Below, in pieces: positions 19,540-27,719 of a stretch of DNA of 32,000 nucleotides. Made by a program: the position numbers and the translations under genes. Within the stretch, counting starts at the first letter, position 1; every line of letters starts with the position of its first letter. The stretch comes from Crocosphaera subtropica ATCC 51142 (GTDB taxonomy: Bacteria > Cyanobacteriota > Cyanobacteriia > Cyanobacteriales > Microcystaceae), in the NCBI RefSeq assembly GCF_000017845.1, contig NC_010546.1, forward strand, positions 660,001 to 692,000. Reading direction: 5' to 3'. The notes beneath the pieces are model-generated. The model did not search any database. It saw nothing but the letters and a program-made list of their open reading frames with translations, and had not been told where the DNA came from.

Positions 19540-20622
19540 ATGGGTGAGAAAAAACGCATCGGAATTCTTACCAGTGGTGGGGACTGTGCTGGATTAAATG
19601 CTGTTATTCGTGCAGTGGTGCATCATGCAGTAGGAACCTATAATTGGGACGTTATTGGGATCAGAGAAGCGACGCAAGGGTTAATGAGTGATCCGCCTCG
19701 GTTTATCCAATTTGAGCTAGATAAATTGGATAACCTATTGTTAATGGGAGGGACTATTTTAGGGACTACTAATAAAGGAGATCCCTTCGCATTTCCTATG
19801 AATGACGGGACAGTACGCGATCGCTCATCAGACATTATTAACGGTTATCATAGTTTAGGATTAGATGCTTTAATTGGCATTGGAGGGGATGGAAGTTTAG
19901 CCATATTACGTCGTTTGGCCCAACAAGGAGGCATTAACCTAGTGGGTATTCCCAAAACCATTGATAACGATGTGGGTGCCACCGAAGTGTCTATTGGTTT
20001 CGATACCGCTACCAACATCGCCACAGAAGCCTTAGATCGCCTTCATTTTACTGCAGCCAGTCATAACCGCGTCATGATTTTAGAGGTCATGGGAAGAGAC
20101 GCAGGACATATTGCTTTAGCCGCAGGTATTGCTGGAGGAGCAGATGTCATCTTAATTCCCGAAATTCCCTATAAAATAGAGAAAGTTTGTCAAAAAATCC
20201 GCGCCAGACAAGAAAAAGGGAAACATTTTTGTTTAGTCATGGTATCCGAAGCGGTACGCACAGAAGTTGGAGAACAAGTTAGCAAATTAAAGCAATTTGG
20301 AGAAGATCGCTTAGGGGGCATTGGCAAGTATATCGCTGAGCAAATAGGGGCTAAAACAGGGGCAGAAACCCGTGTAACTGTCCTTGGCCATATTCAACGA
20401 GGAGGGATACCTTCTCCGATGGATCGCCTGTTGGGGTCAGCGTTTGGGGTGGCTGCGGTTGATTTAATTGCTCAGGGAAAATTTGATCAGATGGTTGCAT
20501 GGCAAAACCGACAAATTCTTAGTGTCCCTATTGCTGAAGCGATTCAAACCTATCGTACTGTTGACCCAGAAGAAACATTAGTCAAAACAGCGAGAGGGTT
20601 AGGTATTTGTTTAGGAGATTAA
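19540..20622 (+). CDS. pfkA: ATP-dependent 6-phosphofructokinase
   Basis: MGEKKRIGILTSGGDCAGLNAVIRAVV ... IGGDGS ... GIPKTIDND ... MGRDAGHIAL ... GHIQRGG. Confidence 0.92.
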   Translation: MGEKKRIGILTSGGDCAGLNAVIRAVVHHAVGTYNWDVIGIREATQGLMSDPPRFIQFELDKLDNLLLMGGTILGTTNKGDPFAFPMNDGTVRDRSSDIINGYHSLGLDALIGIGGDGSLAILRRLAQQGGINLVGIPKTIDNDVGATEVSIGFDTATNIATEALDRLHFTAASHNRVMILEVMGRDAGHIALAAGIAGGADVILIPEIPYKIEKVCQKIRARQEKGKHFCLVMVSEAVRTEVGEQVSKLKQFGEDRLGGIGKYIAEQIGAKTGAETRVTVLGHIQRGGIPSPMDRLLGSAFGVAAVDLIAQGKFDQMVAWQNRQILSVPIAEAIQTYRTVDPEETLVKTARGLGICLGD

Positions 20623-20673
20623 GGTTATTGACTGATGCACGGGATCAGGTTGTGGAACGATAATGATAGATTA

Positions 20674-20706
20674 GGGGTTTAACAGGAGTTGAACCCTTAT
20701 TTTTAT
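20674..20706 (+). terminator. Possible pfkA terminator
   Basis: GGGGTT...AACCC imperfect hairpin followed by TTATTTTTATT, about 50 nt after the pfkA stop. Confidence 0.35.
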
Positions 20707-20977
20707 TCTCTTCCCTAGATAAGCAAAAACTCCGACGGGACTACCCGCGGAGATCAAAATGGTTATGTTATATAATTACATAAATCTCAAAAAAAATACT
20801 CTGTCTTTAAAGAGATTTAATATTTTGCATTGTAGTATAAAAAAACTTAACATTAATCCTCAGCCAAAGCCTCTGAAATAGGTGATGAGCAACCTTTGAG
20901 TTATTGTAAGGTGTTAAGTAGTCAGTTTGACTATACTTTTGGCAACATACCAATCAAGTTGATGAACCTGCATACTT

Positions 20978-21688
20978 ATGAACCTAGAAGATATTCTCAA
21001 AGACTCAAATTATAAGTTATCACAATTTACATCCGAAGAAATTGAACAACTCGAACAAAGTATTACGACCAAAGAAACTAAAAAGGGGATAGTTCCTTAT
21101 ACTGTTTGTTTAGTGCGCCAAAAAGCCATTAAACTAACCCCTGAAGAAGTGATAAGACAGTTATATTTAAGGGTTTTGAGCGATCGCTTTCACTATCCCC
21201 TCAGTCGTATTCAAGTAGAATATGGGGTTAATTTTGGACGGGAGGTAAAACGGGCAGATATTGTCATAATGGATAAAGATCGTCCTAATACAGTGTATAT
21301 GGTTGTGGAGGTGAAAAAACCCAAATTAAAAGACGGAAAAAATCAACTTCGTTCTTATTGTAATGCTACCGGTGCGCCCATTGCTATTTGGACAAATGGG
21401 GAGCAAATTTCTTATTAGCAACGCAAAGATCCTAATTATTTTGAAGATATTCCAGGTTTACCCAACGCAAACCAAACCTTAGCAGATATTCTGCAAATTA
21501 AATTCACCTTCCAAGACTTGATCGATAATGATAAGTTAGAAAAAGAAAATAAATCCCTGAAAACCTTGATTGAAGAAATGGAAGATGAGGTTTTGGCTAA
21601 TGCAGGGGTAGATGTATTTGAAAAGTTGTTTAAACTGATTTTTACTAAACTCTATGATGAGTGGTATTCTGGACAGGGAAATAGGTGA
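20978..21688 (+). pseudogene. Restriction-modification N6-adenine methylase relic: HsdR_N-like PD-(D/E)xK N-domain plus the start of the methylase, with an in-frame TAG and 3' truncation
   Basis: ORF 20978-21418 carries RADIVIMD ... VVEVKKP. The same frame continues past the TAG (21416-21418) as QRKDPNYFEDIPGLPNANQTL ... EDEVLANAGVDVFEKLFKLIFTKLYDEW, typical of type I / IIG methylase N-termini. It ends at the TGA 21686-21688, 22 nt from the toxin gene, and no catalytic NPPY/F region is present. Confidence 0.6.
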
Positions 21689-21710
21689 TCGCAACTCTCT
21701 AATCCCTAAC

Positions 21711-21974
21711 TTAGCCAAAAAATGTCTCATACTTATCATGACTTCCAATCCAAAACCATGTAACCGTATCTTGTTCTAAAATTCCAATAGCACGGTAATT
21801 TCGAGTAATTCTAACTGACCAAATATCCTCATCACGATTAATACATTTAAAATGAAGAGAAGGATGAAAAGGATTATTTGACCATAAATAATAAGTTTTC
21901 CTCGCTGCTTGACGAATCTCTAAAGGAAGCTCATAATATTCTAACCAAAAAGACGGTAAAGTAGCAGACCTCAT
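21711..21974 (-). CDS. Type II toxin, RelE/ParE-superfamily-like
   Basis: 87 aa. The pattern NNPFHPSLHFKCI ... IWSVRITRNYRAIG ... TWFWIGSHDKYE is typical of RelE/ParE-fold toxins. It has a 4-nt ATGA overlap with the upstream small ORF. Confidence 0.6.
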   Translation of the reverse strand: MRSATLPSFWLEYYELPLEIRQAARKTYYLWSNNPFHPSLHFKCINRDEDIWSVRITRNYRAIGILEQDTVTWFWIGSHDKYETFFG

Positions 21975-22201
21975 AATTGATCATAGTCCATTGGTTGCCC
22001 TTGTCCTTCGGCAATTTGCTGTTTAGCTAGTCTTGCTGCTTCTACTAACTTATTTTGAGTTTTCCGAAACGATTGATTCCACTGTAATTCATCTTCAATA
22101 TCAGCAATATATTCTAGTAAATGCTCAATAACTCGCTCTTGTTGAGCATCAGAAAGAGATTCTAAAATTTTAACAACCGTTGCAATATTTTCCTCTGACA
22201 T
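21971..22201 (-). CDS. Cognate antitoxin (putative)
   Basis: 76 aa, acidic, and upstream of and overlapping the toxin by 4 nt. The QWNQSFRKTQNKLVEAARLAKQQIAEGQGQPMDYDQL tail is common in partners of this toxin type. Confidence 0.55.
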   Translation of the reverse strand: MSEENIATVVKILESLSDAQQERVIEHLLEYIADIEDELQWNQSFRKTQNKLVEAARLAKQQIAEGQGQPMDYDQL

Positions 22202-22312
22202 TGTTATTCAACACACTAAAAATTAATATAGATACTTGAATCATAACATCTGCTGTACAGTGCCACATTTAAGAAAGTGATGACAAATAATCTATGGTTA
22301 TACAAGTTATTA

Positions 22313-22385
22313 AGCTCCCTGTCGGACTTGAACCGACGACCTACTCATTACAAGTGAGTTGCTCTACCAACTGAGCTAAGGAAGC
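22313..22385 (-). tRNA. tRNA-Thr (anticodon UGU)
   Basis: 73-nt cloverleaf folded by hand. Acceptor GCTTCCT/AGGGAGC, D arm GCTC-AGTTGGTA-GAGC, anticodon arm ACTCA-CTTGTAA-TGAGT, T arm GTCGG-TTCAAGT-CCGAC, discriminator T. CCA is not encoded. Confidence 0.9.
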
Positions 22386-22761
22386 ACGTTAATTTAGGCA
22401 TACACCTCATTATCATAGCAATTATAACATATACAGAGCGAATAAACAGAGCCAGCAGGGTTAGAGTGTCAGAGTGATAAGCAAAATCGAATACAACAGA
22501 GTTAAGCGTCATATCGCCCTCTTGAAAAACGGCGCCTGACTGCTGTCCAATTATTGATTAATTCTTGATGAGGTAATTTATAAATCTGACTTAGCACTTC
22601 GATAAGAACATAAAAATTTAAAACAGATTAGTAAAAAAAACAATTAACTTTTCTTAAACTGTATTTCCGTAGATAGATGTTATTATTAGATTTTATCCGT
22701 AACTTTAATATTAGGAATGAATTCCTTTACAGTTAACAAATTTAAGGTCATATAGATAATT

Positions 22762-22926
22762 ATGCAATATCGAACGACAGTAGGATGGTCTCTTATTACA
22801 TCAGGCATTGTTACCCTATTACTAAAAGTGCTTCCTGGTAACTCATTATGGTGGGGAATTTCTTTTTTAATTATCGGGATCACTGTCCTCTTTCTAAGGA
22901 AAAATGATCAGGTTCTTGAAGGTTAA
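22762..22926 (+). CDS. Unlisted 54-aa two-TM membrane protein (hypothetical)
   Basis: Manual translation: MQYRTTVGWSLITSGIVTLLLKVLPGNSLWWGISFLIIGITVLFLRKNDQVLEG. This looks more protein-like than the antisense track ORF 22686-22883. Confidence 0.4.
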   Translation: MQYRTTVGWSLITSGIVTLLLKVLPGNSLWWGISFLIIGITVLFLRKNDQVLEG

Positions 22927-23088
22927 TTTCAATTAGTTTACATCACCTAAAATATTATAAAACTCGTCTATTAATATAGTCAAAAATTATTGTCATGCTC
23001 AGTTTTTGACTATATTTTTAGTTTGATAGAAAACCTAATCAGATTGATGAGTTTATTGATAAGTCAACATAAAACAACAAAGATCATT

Positions 23089-23850
23089 ATGGAAATTAAA
23101 TTAATAGAACATTCATTAAAATTTTATATTCTTGCTTTTTTTGGAATCATTTTAATCAGATATTTTGTAGTAGCAGGGTCAACATATTTATTCTTTTATT
23201 CATCCTTGAGTGAAACTTTTGCTAACCCCTATTTAGAGTATCCGTCACCCTCTCGTAAGTTAATTTATCAAGATATTAAACTGTCTATTTTATCCTCGAT
23301 GATATTTGCGATCGCAGCAGGTTTAGTGATGTCAAGTTATGATTTGGGATTGACTTGTCTTTATAGTGATTTTCAAGGCCACAAATTATGGTATTTTATC
23401 ATTAGCTATATCGGTGTTTTAATGCTCCAGGATAGCTATTTTTATTTTACCCATCGCTTATTTCATCATCCTTTACTTTTCCACAAACTACACCAAGGAC
23501 ATCATCAGTCACGGCATCCGACTCCTTGGACTTCCTTTGCTTTTGATCCCTTAGAAGCTATTGTTCAATCTTTATTTTTTGTTGTAATTGTTTATTTGAT
23601 TCCACTCCATTTTATCACGATCATTGCAGTTTTAATAACCATGACGATCTGGGCTGTTGTCAATCATTTAGGACTAGATCGCTTGCCTTTATCCTTTCCT
23701 CATCATTGGCTAGGAAAGTGGTTTATTGGTCCGGCTCATCATTCTCTTCATCATTTAAAATATAAGGTACATTATGGGCTATATTTTACTTTTTGGGACA
23801 AAGTTCTTGGTACACAAGACCCTAATTATGAACTCAAAATAAGAGAGTAA
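23089..23850 (+). CDS. Fatty acid hydroxylase / sterol desaturase family membrane protein
   Basis: Histidine boxes HRLFHH, HQGHHQSRHP and HHSLHH, with 4-5 TM helices. Start set at the ATG 23089 (MEIKLIEH); the track's TTG at 22990 adds 33 residues. Confidence 0.8.
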   Translation: MEIKLIEHSLKFYILAFFGIILIRYFVVAGSTYLFFYSSLSETFANPYLEYPSPSRKLIYQDIKLSILSSMIFAIAAGLVMSSYDLGLTCLYSDFQGHKLWYFIISYIGVLMLQDSYFYFTHRLFHHPLLFHKLHQGHHQSRHPTPWTSFAFDPLEAIVQSLFFVVIVYLIPLHFITIIAVLITMTIWAVVNHLGLDRLPLSFPHHWLGKWFIGPAHHSLHHLKYKVHYGLYFTFWDKVLGTQDPNYELKIRE

Positions 23851-24873
23851 TTATTCAACCTCACCTAACAGAATAGCTACGCCACGGGTTGTTTCAAATT
23901 CTTGGCAAAATAAGATAATTGAGATAGTCATAGGAATCCCTAATATAGCACCAGGAATTCCCCAAATCCACCCCCAAAATACAATAGAAAACAAAGCAAT
24001 AAAAGGAGAGAGTTGCAGCGTTTTTCCCTGTATTCGTGGATCAACAAAATTCCCCATTATTACTTGAATAATTCCTAATCCTATTACTGTTGCAATACCG
24101 CGAGGAACGCCATTAAATAAAATAGCAATTACTGTCGGAGGAATCACAGCAATAATTGAACCAAGGGTAGGAACATAGTTAAGAATAAAAGCAATTAAAG
24201 CCCAAACTAAAGCAAGATCAACCCCAATAATTAAGCACCAAATACCCGTTAAAACCCCTGTTAAAATACAGGTAAAAGTCATGACTGTTAGATAACGCCG
24301 TAATTTCTCGCTAGTATTGCCCACAGCATTAATAATATGTTGACTCGTTCGAGATGAAAAAGCTTGTTGAACTTTGCGCTTATATTGACTAACTTCTAAC
24401 AATAGTAAAATCAGCAAAGAAATGGTTAAAATTAATAAACTTATGGTTGATATAACAGTTTGAAATCCACTAATTGCCTGTTGTGTTAACTGAATGGGTG
24501 TATTATTGATTTGAGAATTAAAGTGAGGTACTGGTAAACCATAATTATTAGCCCAAGATTGAGCCGTTTCCCACATTTGTTCTAAACGATCAAGATATTG
24601 GGGAACTTTGGGTTCAATAATTTCTGCACTTAAAGATAATGCTCCTTGAGCTAAAGCAACCACTCCACCAAGTACCAATAAAACAATAATTAAACTTAAC
24701 CAACGAGGCAAATTTTGTTCAAGTCTGTTTTGTAAAGGATACACTAAAACAACAATAAAAAAAGCAAAAGCCAAGGGCATTGAAATCGGTTGAGTTGCTT
24801 TAAGAGCAGCTAATATGAGAATAATAGCAATAATTGCCATTAAAATTTGAGTTGTTTGATTAAATACTTTCAT
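23851..24873 (-). CDS. AI-2E family (PerM/UPF0118) transporter
   Basis: 340 aa, multi-pass, with the C-terminal pattern NYVPTLGSIIAVIPP ... VIMGNFVDPRIQGKTLQLSP ... FWGWIWGIPGAILGIP typical of the family. Confidence 0.85.
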   Translation of the reverse strand: MKVFNQTTQILMAIIAIILILAALKATQPISMPLAFAFFIVVLVYPLQNRLEQNLPRWLSLIIVLLVLGGVVALAQGALSLSAEIIEPKVPQYLDRLEQMWETAQSWANNYGLPVPHFNSQINNTPIQLTQQAISGFQTVISTISLLILTISLLILLLLEVSQYKRKVQQAFSSRTSQHIINAVGNTSEKLRRYLTVMTFTCILTGVLTGIWCLIIGVDLALVWALIAFILNYVPTLGSIIAVIPPTVIAILFNGVPRGIATVIGLGIIQVIMGNFVDPRIQGKTLQLSPFIALFSIVFWGWIWGIPGAILGIPMTISIILFCQEFETTRGVAILLGEVE

Positions 24874-24940
24874 CGATGTTGGTACTCAATAATATTTGTC
24901 TTTAAAGATACTTAAAAATAATAACTATACTTTGTTTTTT

Positions 24941-25540
24941 TTACTTGAGTTCATTATTATTAAATTCAATTGTTTTGAGCATACTATCTAAAATTTGTTT
25001 ATTTTTTGCATAATTGTTATCTGGAACATCATAAGTTGTTGCAATCAAAGTGCGATCGCCTAAATCTACAATATAACTATAGTTTCGTTGACCTTTTGGT
25101 AACATTGCTCTACCAGTGGATTTACTTTCAACGGCTACTGCTTGATAAGAATCAATGGTAAGGGTTTGTTTTGAGAGGTGTTGCTCTCCTACATTTTCTT
25201 GACTGATTAAATCAAAAGGCGCATTTTCTTCTACTCTTAAATAAATCGCTTTACTAATACTTTCAGTTTGTTCGGGTACTTTAGCATAAGTCGGATCAAA
25301 AACTTGACAATCATTCATAACATTACCCGAATTTGTTTGCCAATCTTGAGGATAATTAACTTGATAACCAACTTTTTTATTAGTACAAGTTTGGTTTAAA
25401 TTAATAGAATTTTGACTATTATTTTGCTTAATCAATGATTGTGATTTTATTGAATTTGAAAAATCTGAACGATTGCAACTACTTAATAAAGTGATTAAAA
25501 ACAATAATGGTAAAGTTAAAAAAATTAGTGATATTTTCAT
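24941..25540 (-). CDS. Putative lipoprotein, unknown function
   Basis: Signal peptide MKISLIFLTLPLLFLITLLSSC with the lipobox L-S-S-C. The mature part is hydrophilic and rich in N, Q and S. Confidence 0.6.
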   Translation of the reverse strand: MKISLIFLTLPLLFLITLLSSCNRSDFSNSIKSQSLIKQNNSQNSINLNQTCTNKKVGYQVNYPQDWQTNSGNVMNDCQVFDPTYAKVPEQTESISKAIYLRVEENAPFDLISQENVGEQHLSKQTLTIDSYQAVAVESKSTGRAMLPKGQRNYSYIVDLGDRTLIATTYDVPDNNYAKNKQILDSMLKTIEFNNNELK

Positions 25541-25664
25541 TATCCTTAAAAAACTAAACTAAAAGACAATCAATTCTTAAACTGTTATAGTTAAAGTCAA
25601 TCTTTTTGTCTATTTTGGAGTTTCATCTTACGACTAAGTAGGTCGGTATAATTAAATGGGTAAA

Positions 25665-25743
25665 ACTTGTAGGGTGGGCAATGTCTCAAATAGTTTCTGG
25701 CTCAGGTTTGTGAGCTTTTTCTTAACATTGCCCACCTTAAGTT
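25665..25743. repeat. Imperfect inverted-repeat element of about 20 bp (AACTTGTAGGGTGGGCAATGT ... AACATTGCCCACCTTAAGTT), MITE/REP-like
   Basis: Read directly. The 12-bp perfect core GGTGGGCAATGT / ACATTGCCCACC flanks a 40-nt spacer. The arms are the same as the hairpin at 18687-18703. Confidence 0.55.
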
Positions 25744-25840
25744 TATTTATAACCACCTACATAGCTCACTTTCAACAAAGGGCCAGATGTGAATATAAAT
25801 AATACAATCGTAGTAATTTTAGATAACTAATTAATCTTTC

Positions 25841-25868
25841 TTAGGTTATAAATATTAGGTTATAAATA
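25841..25868. repeat. Perfect tandem duplication of the 14-mer TTAGGTTATAAATA
   Basis: Read directly: 25841-25854 is identical to 25855-25868. It lies in the intergenic region between the NarL-type regulator stop and the lipoprotein start. Confidence 0.7.
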
Positions 25869-25936
25869 CAAAAATTACCCCACACCGACTTTCAATCAGG
25901 ATATGGGGCTTATTGCAAAGATAGCTAACAATTTTT

Positions 25937-26596
25937 TTAAGCGATACTATTTTCAATCGCCCAACGAGCCAACTCAGTGCGGTTGTGAAGATTGGTTTTA
26001 TTGAGCATATTAGAAACATGACTTTCTATGGTGCGTTGACTAACACTGAGTTTCTCAGCCACATCTCTATTAGAAAGTCCTTGGGCTACTAATTGAACCA
26101 CTTTTGTTTCTGTTGGAGTCAACTCAACATTACTGGGAACCTGAATACGGTTACTATCGTCTAAAGAGATATTGGCTTTATGGCGCATTAAACGACTAGC
26201 TTGTTTAAGAGAAGATTCTACCTGAGCCACTAACTCTTCTGGTTCAAAGGGCTTTACCATATAGACATCTGCCCCTGTATTAAGTCCTTTAACCCTATCT
26301 TGGCTTTGTCCTTTAGCAGAAAGAAACATCACAGGAACCCAACTGGTACGAGCATCTTGACGAACTTTTTCAATAAGGGAATAACCGTCCATTTCAGGCA
26401 TCATAACATCACAGATAATCATGTCAGGAATCTGTTTCGTTAAAACTTCGAGAGCTTCTTTGCCATTTTCTGCGGTGGTAACTTCGTACCCTTGAAATTC
26501 TAAATAATCTTTCACTAGCAAAACTAGGTTAGGATCATCATCAACTAATAATAAGTGTTTATTATCTTTTTGTGAGTTATCTTTTAAGGGTGGCAT
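25937..26596 (-). CDS. NarL/LuxR-family response regulator (REC + HTH_LuxR)
   Basis: LLLVDDDPN, DMIICDVMMPEMDG and KP mark the receiver domain. C-terminal LTPTETKVVQLVAQGLSNRDVAEKLSVSQRTIESHVSNMLNKT is the LuxR-type HTH. Confidence 0.9.
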   Translation of the reverse strand: MPPLKDNSQKDNKHLLLVDDDPNLVLLVKDYLEFQGYEVTTAENGKEALEVLTKQIPDMIICDVMMPEMDGYSLIEKVRQDARTSWVPVMFLSAKGQSQDRVKGLNTGADVYMVKPFEPEELVAQVESSLKQASRLMRHKANISLDDSNRIQVPSNVELTPTETKVVQLVAQGLSNRDVAEKLSVSQRTIESHVSNMLNKTNLHNRTELARWAIENSIA

Positions 26597-26707
26597 CTTG
26601 TTTTCTCAGGTAAATTTTGATAAGGATTCTGTGTAGAAGTTGTGGTGGGAATTAAGACTATGTTAATTCAATCTTAACCTGCGGTGACCGTTTTTAGTAA
26701 CAGTTTA

Positions 26708-27226
26708 TTACGTCTTCTGGTCTATTATCTCATGATCAAGGTCAGTGGATTTATTTTTAATGGTTTTTGATTGCGATATATTAAAAGGGTTAGGTAAAGC
26801 ATGGATACAGAAAGCATAGTCTTCGACAATTTTATTGCCAATGAGATGTTCTTGGATAATGCGTTCAATGACTTCAGGGGTGGCTTGACGATACCAAACA
26901 CCATCAGGATAGAGTACTAGAATTGGCCCATCCATACAAACTCGCAAACAATTGGCTTTCGTACGAAAAATACAAGAAGGTTTGGCTTCTGTAACTTGGT
27001 CAAGTTTGAGTTCTTTGAGACGACGTTTCAGATAGTCCCAAGCTTCTAAACTGGTTGCTTTAGGGCAACATTTGGGTTTCGTTTGGTCTGCACAAAGAAA
27101 CAAATGTCTTTGAATTTGATTCAGTCCCAAGGTTTTGATGGTTTGTGATAACGTATCTTGGGATTCTAAGGGGGTTTGAATATGGGGTACTGTTTCTTCT
27201 GAATTATTGACAACTGGTTCGCTCAT
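26708..27226 (-). CDS. Thioredoxin-like [2Fe-2S] ferredoxin-domain protein
   Basis: [14 protein letters not shown] ... [20 protein letters not shown] ... [12 protein letters not shown] is the TRX-like ferredoxin pattern with four Cys. Confidence 0.7.
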   Translation of the reverse strand: MSEPVVNNSEETVPHIQTPLESQDTLSQTIKTLGLNQIQRHLFLCADQTKPKCCPKATSLEAWDYLKRRLKELKLDQVTEAKPSCIFRTKANCLRVCMDGPILVLYPDGVWYRQATPEVIERIIQEHLIGNKIVEDYAFCIHALPNPFNISQSKTIKNKSTDLDHEIIDQKT

Positions 27227-27459
27227 TGAAGTTTATTCCAGAAGGATTCATGGCCTATTGTAACTTGTAATAAGCTTTCTCGGAAGTGAAAAAATACAAA
27301 TTTTTTAAAAATTTACCCTCATTAAAAAAACCTCTGTAATATTATTGACTTTTCTATTTATTGTGAATTCAGTTCCTCAGTATTATCACGATTCAGCGTC
27401 AAATATCTTTGAGTTAAATCATGAACAAAAGAATTTATTATTATAAATTTTTGGTTAAG

Positions 27460-27702
27460 CTACCATTTTAACACTGCAGCCTCTGGTCCTTTTTCTCGCC
27501 GTATTTTTCCATCTTTTTCAAACCAATCAATCACTTGCTGATGGGTTAAGTCTTCTACAGAAACCTCATAATCTTTAGCAATGATAGTTAATAATCTCAA
27601 AGAGGAAATCGTTAAACGAGTTAAAAATTTTTCTGGGGCAGTTAACAAGGCTTTATCTACATCTGCTGATTCTTCAGAGGTTAAAAATTGCGGTTCATTC
27701 AT
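27460..27702 (-). CDS. Hypothetical protein
   Basis: 80 aa ORF with an ATG start and normal-looking composition. No family recognised. Confidence 0.45.
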   Translation of the reverse strand: MNEPQFLTSEESADVDKALLTAPEKFLTRLTISSLRLLTIIAKDYEVSVEDLTHQQVIDWFEKDGKIRREKGPEAAVLKW

Positions 27703-27719
27703 ATTGATTTAATCGATAA

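Noticed and set aside
19638-19835. Track ORF (65 aa, - strand)
   Set aside because: Antisense inside pfkA.
20686-20696. GGAGTTGAACC, a 10/11 match to the T-arm segment GGACTTGAACC of tRNA-Thr on the plus strand, considered as a possible att-site repeat marking the far end of the islet
   Set aside because: The match covers only the tRNA-internal part. The acceptor-end portion (AGCTCCCTGTC) that a true attachment duplication should include is missing, and the motif also forms part of the putative pfkA terminator hairpin. It is probably coincidence.
21536-21748. Track ORF (70 aa, - strand)
   Set aside because: It overlaps the methylase relic antisense and the 3' end of the toxin gene out of frame. 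The product has no recognisable features.
22686-22883. Track ORF (65 aa, - strand)
   Set aside because: The plus-strand 54-aa two-TM ORF (22762-22926) over the same DNA is more protein-like. The minus-strand product has no coherent features.
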